IMG/VR virus record: IMGVR_UViG_3300030451_004121
Location: 44,468 to 64,467 of that record
Reading direction: 5' to 3' (one strand)
Source of the DNA: an uncultured virus (IMG/VR IMGVR_UViG_3300030451_004121)
Taxonomy: Duplodnaviria; Heunggongvirae; Uroviricota; Caudoviricetes; Crassvirales
Length of the DNA stretch: 20,000 nucleotides
Made by a program: the position numbers and the translations under genes. Within the stretch, counting starts at the first letter, position 1. Every line of letters begins with the position of its first letter. The notes beneath the pieces were generated by a model that did no database searches, had not been told where the DNA came from, and saw only the letters and a list, made by a program, of their open reading frames with translations. Positions 8,035 through 17,105 of this stretch are shown in pieces.

Positions 8035-10251
8035 ATGAAAAAAATATTAATATTACTTTTATTACCTATATTAACTTTTGCACAGAAAGAAGTTGTTGTA
8101 CATATAAAAACAGATGCGTATCCTAGTGAAACAAAATGGATATTATATGACTCTGCTTATGGAGGAGATACGTTAGATTATGTTGACTATGGTTACTACA
8201 CGCAACAAAACTTTGTTCACCTTGACACGTTGTATATACCAGATAGCGTTACAAATATATCTTGGGTTATATACGATAGTTATGGTGATGGTATTATAAA
8301 CGGTGAATACTATTTAATAGTATGTGGAGACACTATAGTTAGTTACCCGTCTTCTACATTTACAACCGGTTTAATTCATAATAGAGTTGTACCACAATGT
8401 ATGCCACAACCACCGCCGCCTGGTCAATGTGTGCCAGCAATGGTAAATATAAACTTAGATCAATTTACTAGTGAAACTAGTTGGGAAATAAAAGATACAA
8501 TGGGTAATTTGATAGCAGCAGGAGGCCCATACCCAAACGCTCCTGATTATCAACCACAACATATTCCAGTTTGCCTACCTACAGGTGTTTTAAGGTTCAC
8601 GATATTTGATACGTACGGAGACGGTTTAGCTGGAAGCCAGTGGGGTGGAAACGATGGATCATATTATTTGATGCAATGTGGAGATACCTTGGTGTTTGGT
8701 ACCACACCTAATTTTGGGACAGATTCCACGCATGTATTTGTGTCAGACACATGTACTCCACCACCACCAGTGCCGGGCTGTATGGACAACAATTATATTG
8801 AATTTAATCCATCAGCCACAGTAAGCGATAGTAGCTGTGCTACTTTAAAAATATATGGTTGTACTGATAGTACAATGTTTAACTACGACTCAACTGCAAA
8901 CACTATGGACTACATAGACAGTTGCGATTACACTCTTGTACTGCATGATCTTGCAGGTAATGGTTGGGTTGGTAGTAGATTAGAAATTTATCAAGATGAC
9001 ACGTCACAGTTTGTAATGACATCTGGTTTTGATCAAACCTATACTTTACAATTAAAAGCGCCTAAACTAGTAAGAGCTAAGTTCTTTATTAGTCAACAAG
9101 CTTCTGGTACAGCTCTTGAATGCGGGTTTACTTTAATAAATCCTATGGGTGATACCGTTATAAGTATTAGACCGCCGTTTATACAACCGTTTTTTGTGTA
9201 TGGTGGTATAACTTATTGTGGTAACGAGTGTATTGAAATAGTTGAAGGATGTATGGATAACATGGCATTTAACTATGATAGCACGGCAAACACACCGCTA
9301 CCTTGTTATTATGTACCTGGTTGTATGTCTCCTGCGTATTTAGAGTATCATATCGATACATCTAACGGGGTTTATACAGATATTAATATACAAGACAGTT
9401 GTAATATATTAGCTGTGTTTGGATGTACAGACACGGCTTCGTTTAATTACGACTCTACTGCTAATGTAGACAATGGTGGTTGTATACCTGTTATAACTGG
9501 ATGTATGGAAAGTCTAGCGTTAAATTATAATCCGCTCGCAAATACGCCTGACACGTGTATAGCATACGTTTATGGGTGTACTGACCCGACAATGTTTAAC
9601 TATGATAGTTTAGCAAACACTGATGATGGAAGTTGTGAACCTTTTGTTTATGGATGTATGGATAGTACTATGTTTAATTTTAACCCACTTGCAAATGCTC
9701 AAGATAATATTACTCCTTGTATTCCTTTTATATATGGTTGTACTGATCCGAGTATGTTCAACTACCAAGCTGAAGCTAACACAGAAGATTTCAGTTGCAT
9801 ACCATTTATTTATGGGTGTACTGATAGCACCGCTATTAATTACGATTCACTTGCTAACACTGATAACAATTCGTGTATACCGGTGGTTGTGGGATGTATG
9901 GACCAAGACGCTTGGAACTATGAAGAACTAGCAAACGTACCTGATACTTGTTTGTTTGCAGCTGAGTGTATAACAGGGCCAGGCGAGCCTTATTGGTTAA
10001 ACGACCCTTGTTACGCTTGGGTTATAGACGTTGATGAGTACTGTTGTACAAATGACTGGGATAGTATATGCCAGTTAACTTACAACTACTGTGAAGGCAC
10101 TTGGGTTGGACCAATACCAAAGCGTTTTGCTAATTTAATAATGATAACAGATATACTGGGCAGACCAGCAAAAATAAATACTAATCAACTATTGTTTTTC
10201 ATATATGATGATGGAACAGTAGAGAAAAAAATGATAAAAAATGGAAAGTAA
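8035..10251 (+). CDS. Secreted Cys-rich repeat protein with a T9SS-like C-terminal tail
   Basis: ATG at 8035 is preferred over GTG at 8023. Signal peptide MKKILILLLLPILTFA-Q; two related ET(K/S)W...D(S/T)YGDG beta domains; 11 GC(T/M)x repeats; tail ITDILGR...FFIYDDGTVEKK. Confidence 0.85.
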   Translation: MKKILILLLLPILTFAQKEVVVHIKTDAYPSETKWILYDSAYGGDTLDYVDYGYYTQQNFVHLDTLYIPDSVTNISWVIYDSYGDGIINGEYYLIVCGDTIVSYPSSTFTTGLIHNRVVPQCMPQPPPPGQCVPAMVNINLDQFTSETSWEIKDTMGNLIAAGGPYPNAPDYQPQHIPVCLPTGVLRFTIFDTYGDGLAGSQWGGNDGSYYLMQCGDTLVFGTTPNFGTDSTHVFVSDTCTPPPPVPGCMDNNYIEFNPSATVSDSSCATLKIYGCTDSTMFNYDSTANTMDYIDSCDYTLVLHDLAGNGWVGSRLEIYQDDTSQFVMTSGFDQTYTLQLKAPKLVRAKFFISQQASGTALECGFTLINPMGDTVISIRPPFIQPFFVYGGITYCGNECIEIVEGCMDNMAFNYDSTANTPLPCYYVPGCMSPAYLEYHIDTSNGVYTDINIQDSCNILAVFGCTDTASFNYDSTANVDNGGCIPVITGCMESLALNYNPLANTPDTCIAYVYGCTDPTMFNYDSLANTDDGSCEPFVYGCMDSTMFNFNPLANAQDNITPCIPFIYGCTDPSMFNYQAEANTEDFSCIPFIYGCTDSTAINYDSLANTDNNSCIPVVVGCMDQDAWNYEELANVPDTCLFAAECITGPGEPYWLNDPCYAWVIDVDEYCCTNDWDSICQLTYNYCEGTWVGPIPKRFANLIMITDILGRPAKINTNQLLFFIYDDGTVEKKMIKNGK
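8776..9950 (+). repeat. Coding repeats GC(T/M)Dxx(A/M)xNYxxxAxxxxxxC, about 27 aa, 11 copies (2 + 9, some degenerate)
   Basis: Visible in the translation, e.g. GCTDPTMFNYDSLANTDDGSC and GCTDSTAINYDSLANTDNNSC. Confidence 0.9.
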
Positions 10252-10711
10252 ACCTTTTAAAATGAAAAATCCTTCTTTAGCTAAAGCTATGAGAGAAGGT
10301 ACACCTATGCAACTTAATTATGGATCTCCTATGAAAGACACTGGAACACCTGGAGATGCGGGTCCAAAGAAAAGACCTAGACGTAACACTATGAAAGAAG
10401 ACGAGCTTATAGAGAAACAAGAGCAAAGAAAAAAAGCTGACGAAGTTTCTTACGATAAAAAAGCTATGAATAAAAAAGGTAAAACAAGGATTCCAGGAAC
10501 AAACATATACGAAGATAAAGAAAACAAAGAATTACAACAAATAAACAAAGATTCTGAAGAAAGATCTAAATTAAGAGCTGAAAAAGATAGAGAAAGAGAA
10601 GCTAGAAGAGAAAGAATCAGAAAGTACGAAGAAAGAAATCCAAAGAGATCTAGTAAAAAAGCGTCAAAGGGAGTTATGAAAGGCTTCGATCCGCTAAATA
10701 AAAAGAAATAA
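10241..10711 (+). CDS. Highly charged hypothetical protein with PFKMK and SPMK motifs
   Basis: 156-aa K/E/R-rich ORF tightly packed between its neighbours. Confidence 0.75.
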   Translation: MESKPFKMKNPSLAKAMREGTPMQLNYGSPMKDTGTPGDAGPKKRPRRNTMKEDELIEKQEQRKKADEVSYDKKAMNKKGKTRIPGTNIYEDKENKELQQINKDSEERSKLRAEKDREREARRERIRKYEERNPKRSSKKASKGVMKGFDPLNKKK

Positions 10712-11740
10712 ATGAAAAAACTATTAGTACTATTATTAGTACCTATATTTAGTTATTCACAAAGTAATGTAAAAGATATATTTAAGTTCTCTACATTTTA
10801 CGCGGCTGTAAACGGTGGTACTTCTATATCAGATGTGGAAACTTATAGCGTTACAGATGGTTTAGGTATTGAAACAATACAAACACCTTATGATTATAAC
10901 TTAACTTTAGGTATACGTAAAATAGCTAGGTTTGGTTATGAAAACAGGGCTAATACATTTTATGATGGTACTGAGTCTAATTATAGTGATGCTGCTACAG
11001 TAGGTAAAAGAAATGGTACAGAGTTTTTATTTCAAGTAGATTACAAGAGACAAGAAGGTGTAGAGTATTTAGATCAACACCACTTTATAAGATACGTAGC
11101 TAACGACTGGATAGCTAAAGCAGAGTACTTAGTAGATGGTTTTGCAGATATAGAATACTTTGAAACATCACAAAGATATAGATATAATCTTGGTAAAGTA
11201 AGTTTTAATATTGGAGCCGTACAAAGATTATCTGAACCTTATGGTTATGATCCGCTTGCTAGCTGGAAGTTAGACAATGGTAATATACATTATACTTACT
11301 TAGCTTTACAAGAAGGATATAATGTAGATGTATATCATGACATGTACTATAATCCAGATGGCGATATAGTAGCTTATTCATCAGATGTATGGGAACAAAT
11401 TGTAATACCAGAGGTATTAGCTAACTACGTCGAAAGAAAACGTAATGAGTTAGATGATAAACTACAACACTCGTTAGTCGTAGGTTTAGATTATTATTAC
11501 TACAACAAAAGTGTTTGGGTGCATACATGGGCTAACTTGATGCCATACCACTACAACGATAAAGATGAGTTTAGTTATCACAACTACATCGATGGTCAAT
11601 GGTTAGATTACTCAGGCGGTTTAATATTTGGACAAAAGATAAATAAAAGATTAGGCGTGTTTGCGGAAGGTAAATACAATAAGTACTGGAACAGAGAGTG
11701 GTACGATTTTAAAATGGGTATCAACTACATAATAAGATAA
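10712..11740 (+). CDS. Putative outer-membrane beta-barrel protein
   Basis: Signal peptide MKKLLVLLLVPIFSYS-Q; Tyr/aromatic-rich alternating strands; terminal strand YDFKMGINYII. Confidence 0.7.
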   Translation: MKKLLVLLLVPIFSYSQSNVKDIFKFSTFYAAVNGGTSISDVETYSVTDGLGIETIQTPYDYNLTLGIRKIARFGYENRANTFYDGTESNYSDAATVGKRNGTEFLFQVDYKRQEGVEYLDQHHFIRYVANDWIAKAEYLVDGFADIEYFETSQRYRYNLGKVSFNIGAVQRLSEPYGYDPLASWKLDNGNIHYTYLALQEGYNVDVYHDMYYNPDGDIVAYSSDVWEQIVIPEVLANYVERKRNELDDKLQHSLVVGLDYYYYNKSVWVHTWANLMPYHYNDKDEFSYHNYIDGQWLDYSGGLIFGQKINKRLGVFAEGKYNKYWNREWYDFKMGINYIIR

Positions 11741-12156
11741 TGGCATATATACAAAAAAATAATCCTTTTCCTATAACTAGTTGTGGTAGACGTAGATCGT
11801 TTATGAACAATAACGTACGTAGACAAGTTAATTCTCCTGGTAAAGATCGTACAGAAGAAAGTCCTTTTCCAAAAGCAGATCCACGTAGAACTATAGGACC
11901 AGGTAAAAACTTTAACAAAGTTGCTAAAGACAAAAGCGCTACAGGTGGAGCAGCTGGAGGTGGTATGACTCAAAAAGGTGTTGATGAGTACAAAAGAAAT
12001 AACCCAGGTAGCAAGTTAAAAACAGCTGTCACCACTGATCCTTCTAAATTAAAAAAGGGTAGCAAGGCAGCTAAACGTAGAAAATCATTTTGCGCTAGAT
12101 CTAAAGGTTGGACTGGCGAAAGAGGTAGAGCAGCTAGAAGAAGATGGAACTGTTAA
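11740..12156 (+). CDS. Small basic phage protein (DUF6321-like)
   Basis: GGMTQKGVDEYKRNNPGSKLK...RRKSFCARS...RRWNC pattern, recalled from marine phage proteins. Confidence 0.75.
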   Translation: MAYIQKNNPFPITSCGRRRSFMNNNVRRQVNSPGKDRTEESPFPKADPRRTIGPGKNFNKVAKDKSATGGAAGGGMTQKGVDEYKRNNPGSKLKTAVTTDPSKLKKGSKAAKRRKSFCARSKGWTGERGRAARRRWNC

Positions 12157-12671
12157 AGGAGTTTAAAATACAAAAATACTTAGATAAAAAACCACCAAGT
12201 GATAACTCTAATACTACCAAAGGTGAGATTACTGAGTTAACTAAAATACCTATTAGAGAGAAGTTTGTAAAAGAGAAAGATGATATTAAAAAGTCTTTTG
12301 AAAAAGTTGTAGGCAAAGATGATAATATACAAAAGTTAATCAACGAGTCTGCGCCTATAATAATGAAAATTAAAAAACATCATAATAGACCTAGACCAAA
12401 AGTTATAGCCAAAAAAATAAAAACTAAAATGGAAGATATAGAGATGGCGTCGATGAAAACACCTTCGTATCCATCTGGTCACTCAGTGCAGGGTTATTTA
12501 ATAGGAATGTTTTTAAGTGACAAGTACCCACAAAAAAGAGACAAGTTAATGAAAACTGCTAGAGATATATCACACAGCAGAAGAGTAGCAAGAGCGCACT
12601 ACAAATCAGACTCTTTGTTTGGAGAACAAATAGGAAAAGATATGTATAACTATATAAAAGACAAGATATGA
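12144..12671 (+). CDS. Soluble PAP2/acid phosphatase/vanadium haloperoxidase superfamily protein
   Basis: All three motifs are present: KKHHNRPRP (Kx6RP), PSYPSGH, SRRVARAHYKSD (SRx5Hx3D). Confidence 0.9.
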   Translation: MELLKEFKIQKYLDKKPPSDNSNTTKGEITELTKIPIREKFVKEKDDIKKSFEKVVGKDDNIQKLINESAPIIMKIKKHHNRPRPKVIAKKIKTKMEDIEMASMKTPSYPSGHSVQGYLIGMFLSDKYPQKRDKLMKTARDISHSRRVARAHYKSDSLFGEQIGKDMYNYIKDKI

Positions 12672-12898
12672 GAAATACACCATTAAGAGCTTTTGCTGGT
12701 AAAGAAAAGCTTAAAGAAGTTTCACAAGAATTAAAAAAAGCTAGTAATATGCACGCTGCACAAGCTAAAAAAATTGACAGTGCTATAAGCCCATTAAAAG
12801 GTAAATTAAAACCTTGTCAAAAGGCTGCTGCTAGAAAAAAGTTTGATGTTTATCCTAGTGCTTACGCAAATATGTGGGCTTCAAATCACAAATGCTAA
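12668..12898 (+). CDS. Small basic hypothetical protein (KKFDVYPSAYAN motif)
   Basis: ATGA and TAATG overlaps with both neighbours. Confidence 0.75.
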   Translation: MRNTPLRAFAGKEKLKEVSQELKKASNMHAAQAKKIDSAISPLKGKLKPCQKAAARKKFDVYPSAYANMWASNHKC

Positions 12899-13356
12899 TG
12901 GCTTACGATATTAAAGCTAAGTTTATAAAGAACAGTCCTCTACCTTGTTGGAGAGGTTACGAGCGTGTACCTGGAACAGTTAAAGGAGCTAAAGGTAGTT
13001 GTCGTAAATCTTCGCCAACAAAAGACTATGTTTCAGATGAACAAAGAAAAGCTGTTTGGGCAAGTAAAGCTGATGGTGGTAAAGGTAATCCTAATAAAAT
13101 GTTATCACCAGTTAAAGCAAAACAAAAAGGTGGTGGTACTAAAAAAGTTTGTCTACCTAAAGCTAAAATAGCTAGCATGAGTAGCGCTGAAAAAAACAAA
13201 GTGATAGCAGCAAAACAAGCGGCTGGTAGAGCTGGTAAATATAAAAGATCTAGTTCTAGTAATGTTACTGGTACAAAAAGTGATGGTTTAAGAGATTGGG
13301 TTAAACAAGACTGGAGACAAGTTGGTGACCCTAGTAAAAAATGTGGAGAAAAATAA
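12898..13356 (+). CDS. Basic mosaic hypothetical protein (CWRGY, QRKAVWAS, CLPKAK and GLRDWVKQDW modules)
   Basis: Start reassigned to ATG 12898 (TAATG coupling) instead of GTG 12874. Confidence 0.75.
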   Translation: MAYDIKAKFIKNSPLPCWRGYERVPGTVKGAKGSCRKSSPTKDYVSDEQRKAVWASKADGGKGNPNKMLSPVKAKQKGGGTKKVCLPKAKIASMSSAEKNKVIAAKQAAGRAGKYKRSSSSNVTGTKSDGLRDWVKQDWRQVGDPSKKCGEK

Positions 13357-13366
13357 ATATATAAAT

Positions 13367-13462
13367 ATGAAAAGTAAATTTTGTAAATGGCTTCAAGCCA
13401 TAACGTTTGGATTAGTATGTTTAGGTTGGTGTAAAATGTGTTGTGATAACTGTGACTGCTGA
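13367..13462 (+). CDS. 31-aa Cys-rich peptide MKSKFCKWLQAITFGLVCLGWCKMCCDNCDC (not in the ORF track)
   Basis: A-rich leader, fills the intergenic gap, and its TGA overlaps the next ATG (TGATG). Confidence 0.65.
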   Translation: MKSKFCKWLQAITFGLVCLGWCKMCCDNCDC

Positions 13463-13779
13463 TGTCGTTTAAAATGAAAGGGTGGAGCCCGTTTACTAAA
13501 AAACAAAAACCAAAAGATAGAGATGGGGAGGTTTATGTTGGTGATAAAAAGTTTTCAGATAAACCAATGTACGAAGGACAAAAGCCATCTACACATTTAA
13601 TGGCTTATGGTGAGTCTGACGGTAAGTACGTGGCTTATCCTACTTTGTTTCAAGATGATGATGGTACGTGGCAACAACCAGACGATCCGTTTAGAGAAGC
13701 TATAAAAAAGAAAGAAATATACCAATTTGATACAGAGCAAGAGGCGAAAGACTTTGCTGATGGTAGTTGGAAAAAATAA
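13462..13779 (+). CDS. Hypothetical phage protein with N-terminal MSFKMKGWSPF leader
   Basis: 105-aa ORF; STHLMA...YPTLF...EAKDFADGSWK. Confidence 0.75.
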   Translation: MSFKMKGWSPFTKKQKPKDRDGEVYVGDKKFSDKPMYEGQKPSTHLMAYGESDGKYVAYPTLFQDDDGTWQQPDDPFREAIKKKEIYQFDTEQEAKDFADGSWKK

Positions 13780-13784
13780 ATAAT

Positions 13785-14279
13785 ATGGAAAGAATAAGTA
13801 AACACATAAGTTGGAAAGAAGGAACTTATAGTAGAACTGGTGAAAGATTAAATTTAGATAACACTCCTAATGAAGAGCAAATTAAATGCATGAAAGAGGT
13901 TGCTGAAAATTTATTTGAACCATTGAGAGAATGGGTTGGTGGACCAATAAAAATAAATAGCTTTTTTAGAGGCGAGCCTGTAAACACTGCTATCGGTGGT
14001 GAAAAACGTTCACAACACATGAAGGGTCAAGCCATAGATATGGACGATACTTTTGGACACAAGACAAACGCAGAGATGTATCATTACATAAAAGATAATT
14101 TAGACTTCGACCAAATGGTATGGGAGTTTGGAACTGAATATCCTGATGGTAATCCTAACTGGGTTCATATTAGCTGGGTATCACATAGACCTAATAGAAA
14201 ACAAGAAGTTATTGCTATTAAAAAAAATGGCAGAACTAGATATATAAAAGATATTGAAGAATATTTAAAGAATAAATAA
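13785..14279 (+). CDS. Peptidase M15A-family Zn peptidase, candidate endolysin
   Basis: SQHMKGQAID (Hx6D) and WVHISW zinc-ligand motifs; ATG 13785 preferred over TTG 13767. Confidence 0.88.
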   Translation: MERISKHISWKEGTYSRTGERLNLDNTPNEEQIKCMKEVAENLFEPLREWVGGPIKINSFFRGEPVNTAIGGEKRSQHMKGQAIDMDDTFGHKTNAEMYHYIKDNLDFDQMVWEFGTEYPDGNPNWVHISWVSHRPNRKQEVIAIKKNGRTRYIKDIEEYLKNK

Positions 14280-14318
14280 CTATATAGTAAAAACAATTAA
14301 TTAATTAAAAAAAAGAAA

Positions 14319-14720
14319 ATGGCGACAACAACAGCAACAATAACATTGAGTAGTTCAGACCTAACAAACAATAGTTTGTCTTTGTCTACTACAGCAACAT
14401 TAACTAAAGCAGGTACTGATACTGGTTTAGATCAAACTAGTGGTCTTGGTAGAAAAAAATTAGTATCAGGACACGCAGAGTATACTTTATTTGACGGAGA
14501 CGCTTATGCAAATGGCTCTCATAAAGTTTACTTAAAAAATACTTCAACTAATAACGCAGAGTATTTTATTGTAACAATAAACTCTGAGCAAATGGGTAAA
14601 CTATATGCTGGTGACTGGGCGTTTTTTCCTTGGGAAGCAAACGCAGACACTAATGATATAAAAATAGATCCTAGCGCAGATGGTATGACATTAGAATACA
14701 TGCTTTTAATAGAAGAGTAA
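14319..14720 (+). CDS. Beta-rich hypothetical protein, possibly a virion component
   Basis: Thr/Ser-rich MATTTATITL start, strong A-rich leader, beta-strand patterning. Confidence 0.7.
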   Translation: MATTTATITLSSSDLTNNSLSLSTTATLTKAGTDTGLDQTSGLGRKKLVSGHAEYTLFDGDAYANGSHKVYLKNTSTNNAEYFIVTINSEQMGKLYAGDWAFFPWEANADTNDIKIDPSADGMTLEYMLLIEE

Positions 14721-14728
14721 GATACTAA

Positions 14729-15058
14729 ATGGCACTGATACCTTATCACAACATAGTAGGTAGTACAACTAGAGAAAATGAATTAATAGGAGTTGGAGAT
14801 ATTAGAAGCAATTTGAGAAGTATACATCTCAACAATGTTAATAATTCTTCAGCTGCTACTATAGATTTATACTTATACAAACCCTCTACAGATACTTCCG
14901 CAGAAGAATCTTACTTTATATTAAAAAGTTATAGTTTAACTGCTGCGAGATATTTGACTATAGATGATTTAGGTTTATTAAGTTTTGATAACTCTACTTA
15001 CGCACTGTTTATATCTGTGGGTGGATCAGACACTGTAGATGTGTTTTTAAATAGATAA
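14729..15058 (+). CDS. Beta-rich hypothetical protein, possibly a virion component
   Basis: 109-aa ORF ending at the terminator. Confidence 0.7.
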   Translation: MALIPYHNIVGSTTRENELIGVGDIRSNLRSIHLNNVNNSSAATIDLYLYKPSTDTSAEESYFILKSYSLTAARYLTIDDLGLLSFDNSTYALFISVGGSDTVDVFLNR

Positions 15059-15084
15059 AAAAAAAGGGGCTCACGCCCCTTTTA
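15057..15084. terminator. Bidirectional intrinsic terminator
   Basis: AAAAGGGGC-TCAC-GCCCCTTTT hairpin between convergent genes. The - strand has a GTGA loop followed by 9 T; the + strand has a shorter T tract. Confidence 0.92.
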
Positions 15085-15285
15085 TTATATAGTAACAGAA
15101 TTTTTTTGGTTCTGAACTTCGACCCTGACTTCTTGAGCTAAGTTTTTAACTATTTGCATTGTTTTTCTAACTCTTGTTCCAGCTGAGTTATTACCTTCTA
15201 CAAACTTTTCAGCGTCAGTTTCTATATCACTAAGTTCTTCACCCATTTTTTGTATTAATTTTATTACCTTGTTTTCTCCGTACAT
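15085..15285 (-). CDS. Histone H1-like (Hc1-family) small protein
   Basis: DAEKFVEGNNSAGTRVRK...KNLAQEVR matches the Hc1 N-terminal core pattern seen in Bacteroidota. Confidence 0.8.
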   Translation of the reverse strand: MYGENKVIKLIQKMGEELSDIETDAEKFVEGNNSAGTRVRKTMQIVKNLAQEVRVEVQNQKNSVTI

Positions 15286-15300
15286 TTAATTTAATTTAAG

Positions 15301-17105
15301 TTATAGGCTTGTTACTTCACAAGATCCACCGGCACAAGCCAATTCACCTGATAGATCTGTATTATCATTTAACTCTACTACTTTAGTTAAGTCTATATCC
15401 TGAAGTAGTTTTGTCATTTCATCATATTTAGCTTTAGTTATATCCTCAAATGGAGCTTGAGTATACGTACCACCATCGTAAGGCAAAACAGACAAACCAT
15501 TGTAGTTGTTTCTGTTTTCCCACATCCACTCACCAGCCTTTTCCCACTCTTTATCTTTCAAACTAATCGTAGCTGAAACGTTGTGTGTATTACTACCAGA
15601 CTTATGCCCTGTTGCAACCCACTCTGTAGCTACTTTTTTAACACGTTCTAATAAATCAAAAGCAGACTCTGTTCTTACGATAGAACCTTTAGGCGCTGCT
15701 TGTGGTATCTCTATAACAGCGGTGTCATGAGGTCTAAAGTATTCGTCTTGTATTAACTGCGGATGGTGTATAGCAAGATAGTTGTATATAGCTTCATTTT
15801 TACCCACACGCATTCTACGGATATAATACTTGTTATGCCATGCATGAATACCCGAAGACGTACCGAGTACCAGAGATGTCGTCCCTGCAGGTTTAACGCA
15901 CGTTGTACGAGCCGCGGGATTAATACCAATAGTCTTAGATACTATTCTATTCATTAATTTAACTTGATCTGCAGCTTGGTTTAAATCAAGATTTAAAACT
16001 TTACCGCTACCAATACCTGTCATTGACACACCGATCAATGCATCTCTTTCAGTTGTTTCTTGCCAAACTTCTCTAAGATAATGAAACTCTGTATAACCAG
16101 CCTGTAACGTACCTATAAAAGCAGCCGCGGCAACTCTATCGTTTAATTCCTCTTGTGTATCTACGTCAGATACGTTTACTTCACATAAGTTACAAAACTG
16201 AAAAGGTCTCAATGCTATTTCACAACATGGATTAGTACCCCAGTCTTTATCGTTATTAAAATATATACCAGGTTCACCAGAACCAGATAACTCTATACGT
16301 TTCCATAGGTCCATAAAAAAGTCTTTAGTAATTTTATGTCTCATAAGCACCGCTGAGTTATTAGCTCTACCTCTTTGTGGATCTGTCTCCCACCATTGTC
16401 CTGATTTACAGGAAATCATTTCCTCATCATACGCTGAAAATAGCGATATAAGAGCTGCTCTACGTATACCGCCAGCGAGTACGGCATCAGCGATATGGCA
16501 AACAATATCATGAACTTCAATACTCTTAAGTTTTTCTCCGTCTTGTTTTGCATCTAATATACCTTTAATTTTTACTAAGCACTCTCTTAATGGTTGAGGC
16601 CCTGGTGCTTTACCACCTGATGTTACCAACCTGGCACCTTTAGGTCTTATGTCTGAGTAATCAAACTTTATTTTAGATGATCTTTTACCACCCATATAAG
16701 ACTTAATTAATACTTTAATAGCATCAGACCAGCCTTCAATACTATCACCAATAACGAACCTACGCTTTCTAACTACGTGGGGTTTTATTATCTCTGGTAG
16801 TTTTTTAATGTTATGTAATTGTACTGAATAACCTACACCACAACCTGATAACAATAAAAACATAATCTCACTAAAAGCGTCAATATGATCAANNNNNNNN
16901 NNGACGGGAGGACTTTCTTTTCATATACATATTTATAATAAGTTTCTATATCATTTTTTAAACTCGGATATTTTCTTATGTGCATTTGTTTATTTCTATC
17001 AACTAGCTCTTCCCAAGTTTCTCTACGTTGTAGCTTGGGAATATATTTAGCGTACTTCATGTGCACTGTTATATCCGATAGTATTTTATTGTTTATTTCT
17101 TTCAT
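15301..17105 (-). CDS. nrdJ: Class II (adenosylcobalamin-dependent) ribonucleotide reductase, interrupted by an N gap at 16893-16902
   Basis: KYAKY...RRETWEE, KVLP, GGIRRAA, GTNPCCEI, CNLCEVN, TTCVKPAGT and C-terminal CAGGSC. The two ORF-track pieces join across the gap. Confidence 0.93.

Noticed and set aside
8776..9950. Periodic DNA repeats as a CRISPR array or DGR
   Set aside because: The repeats are degenerate at synonymous positions and conserved at the protein level; there are no identical repeats with spacers and no reverse transcriptase in the window.
16833..17105. Apparent split or frameshifted nrdJ (intron, intein or pseudogene)
   Set aside because: The break coincides with the 10-N scaffold gap, where a short conserved stretch is missing. 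An insertion hidden in the gap cannot be excluded but has no support.
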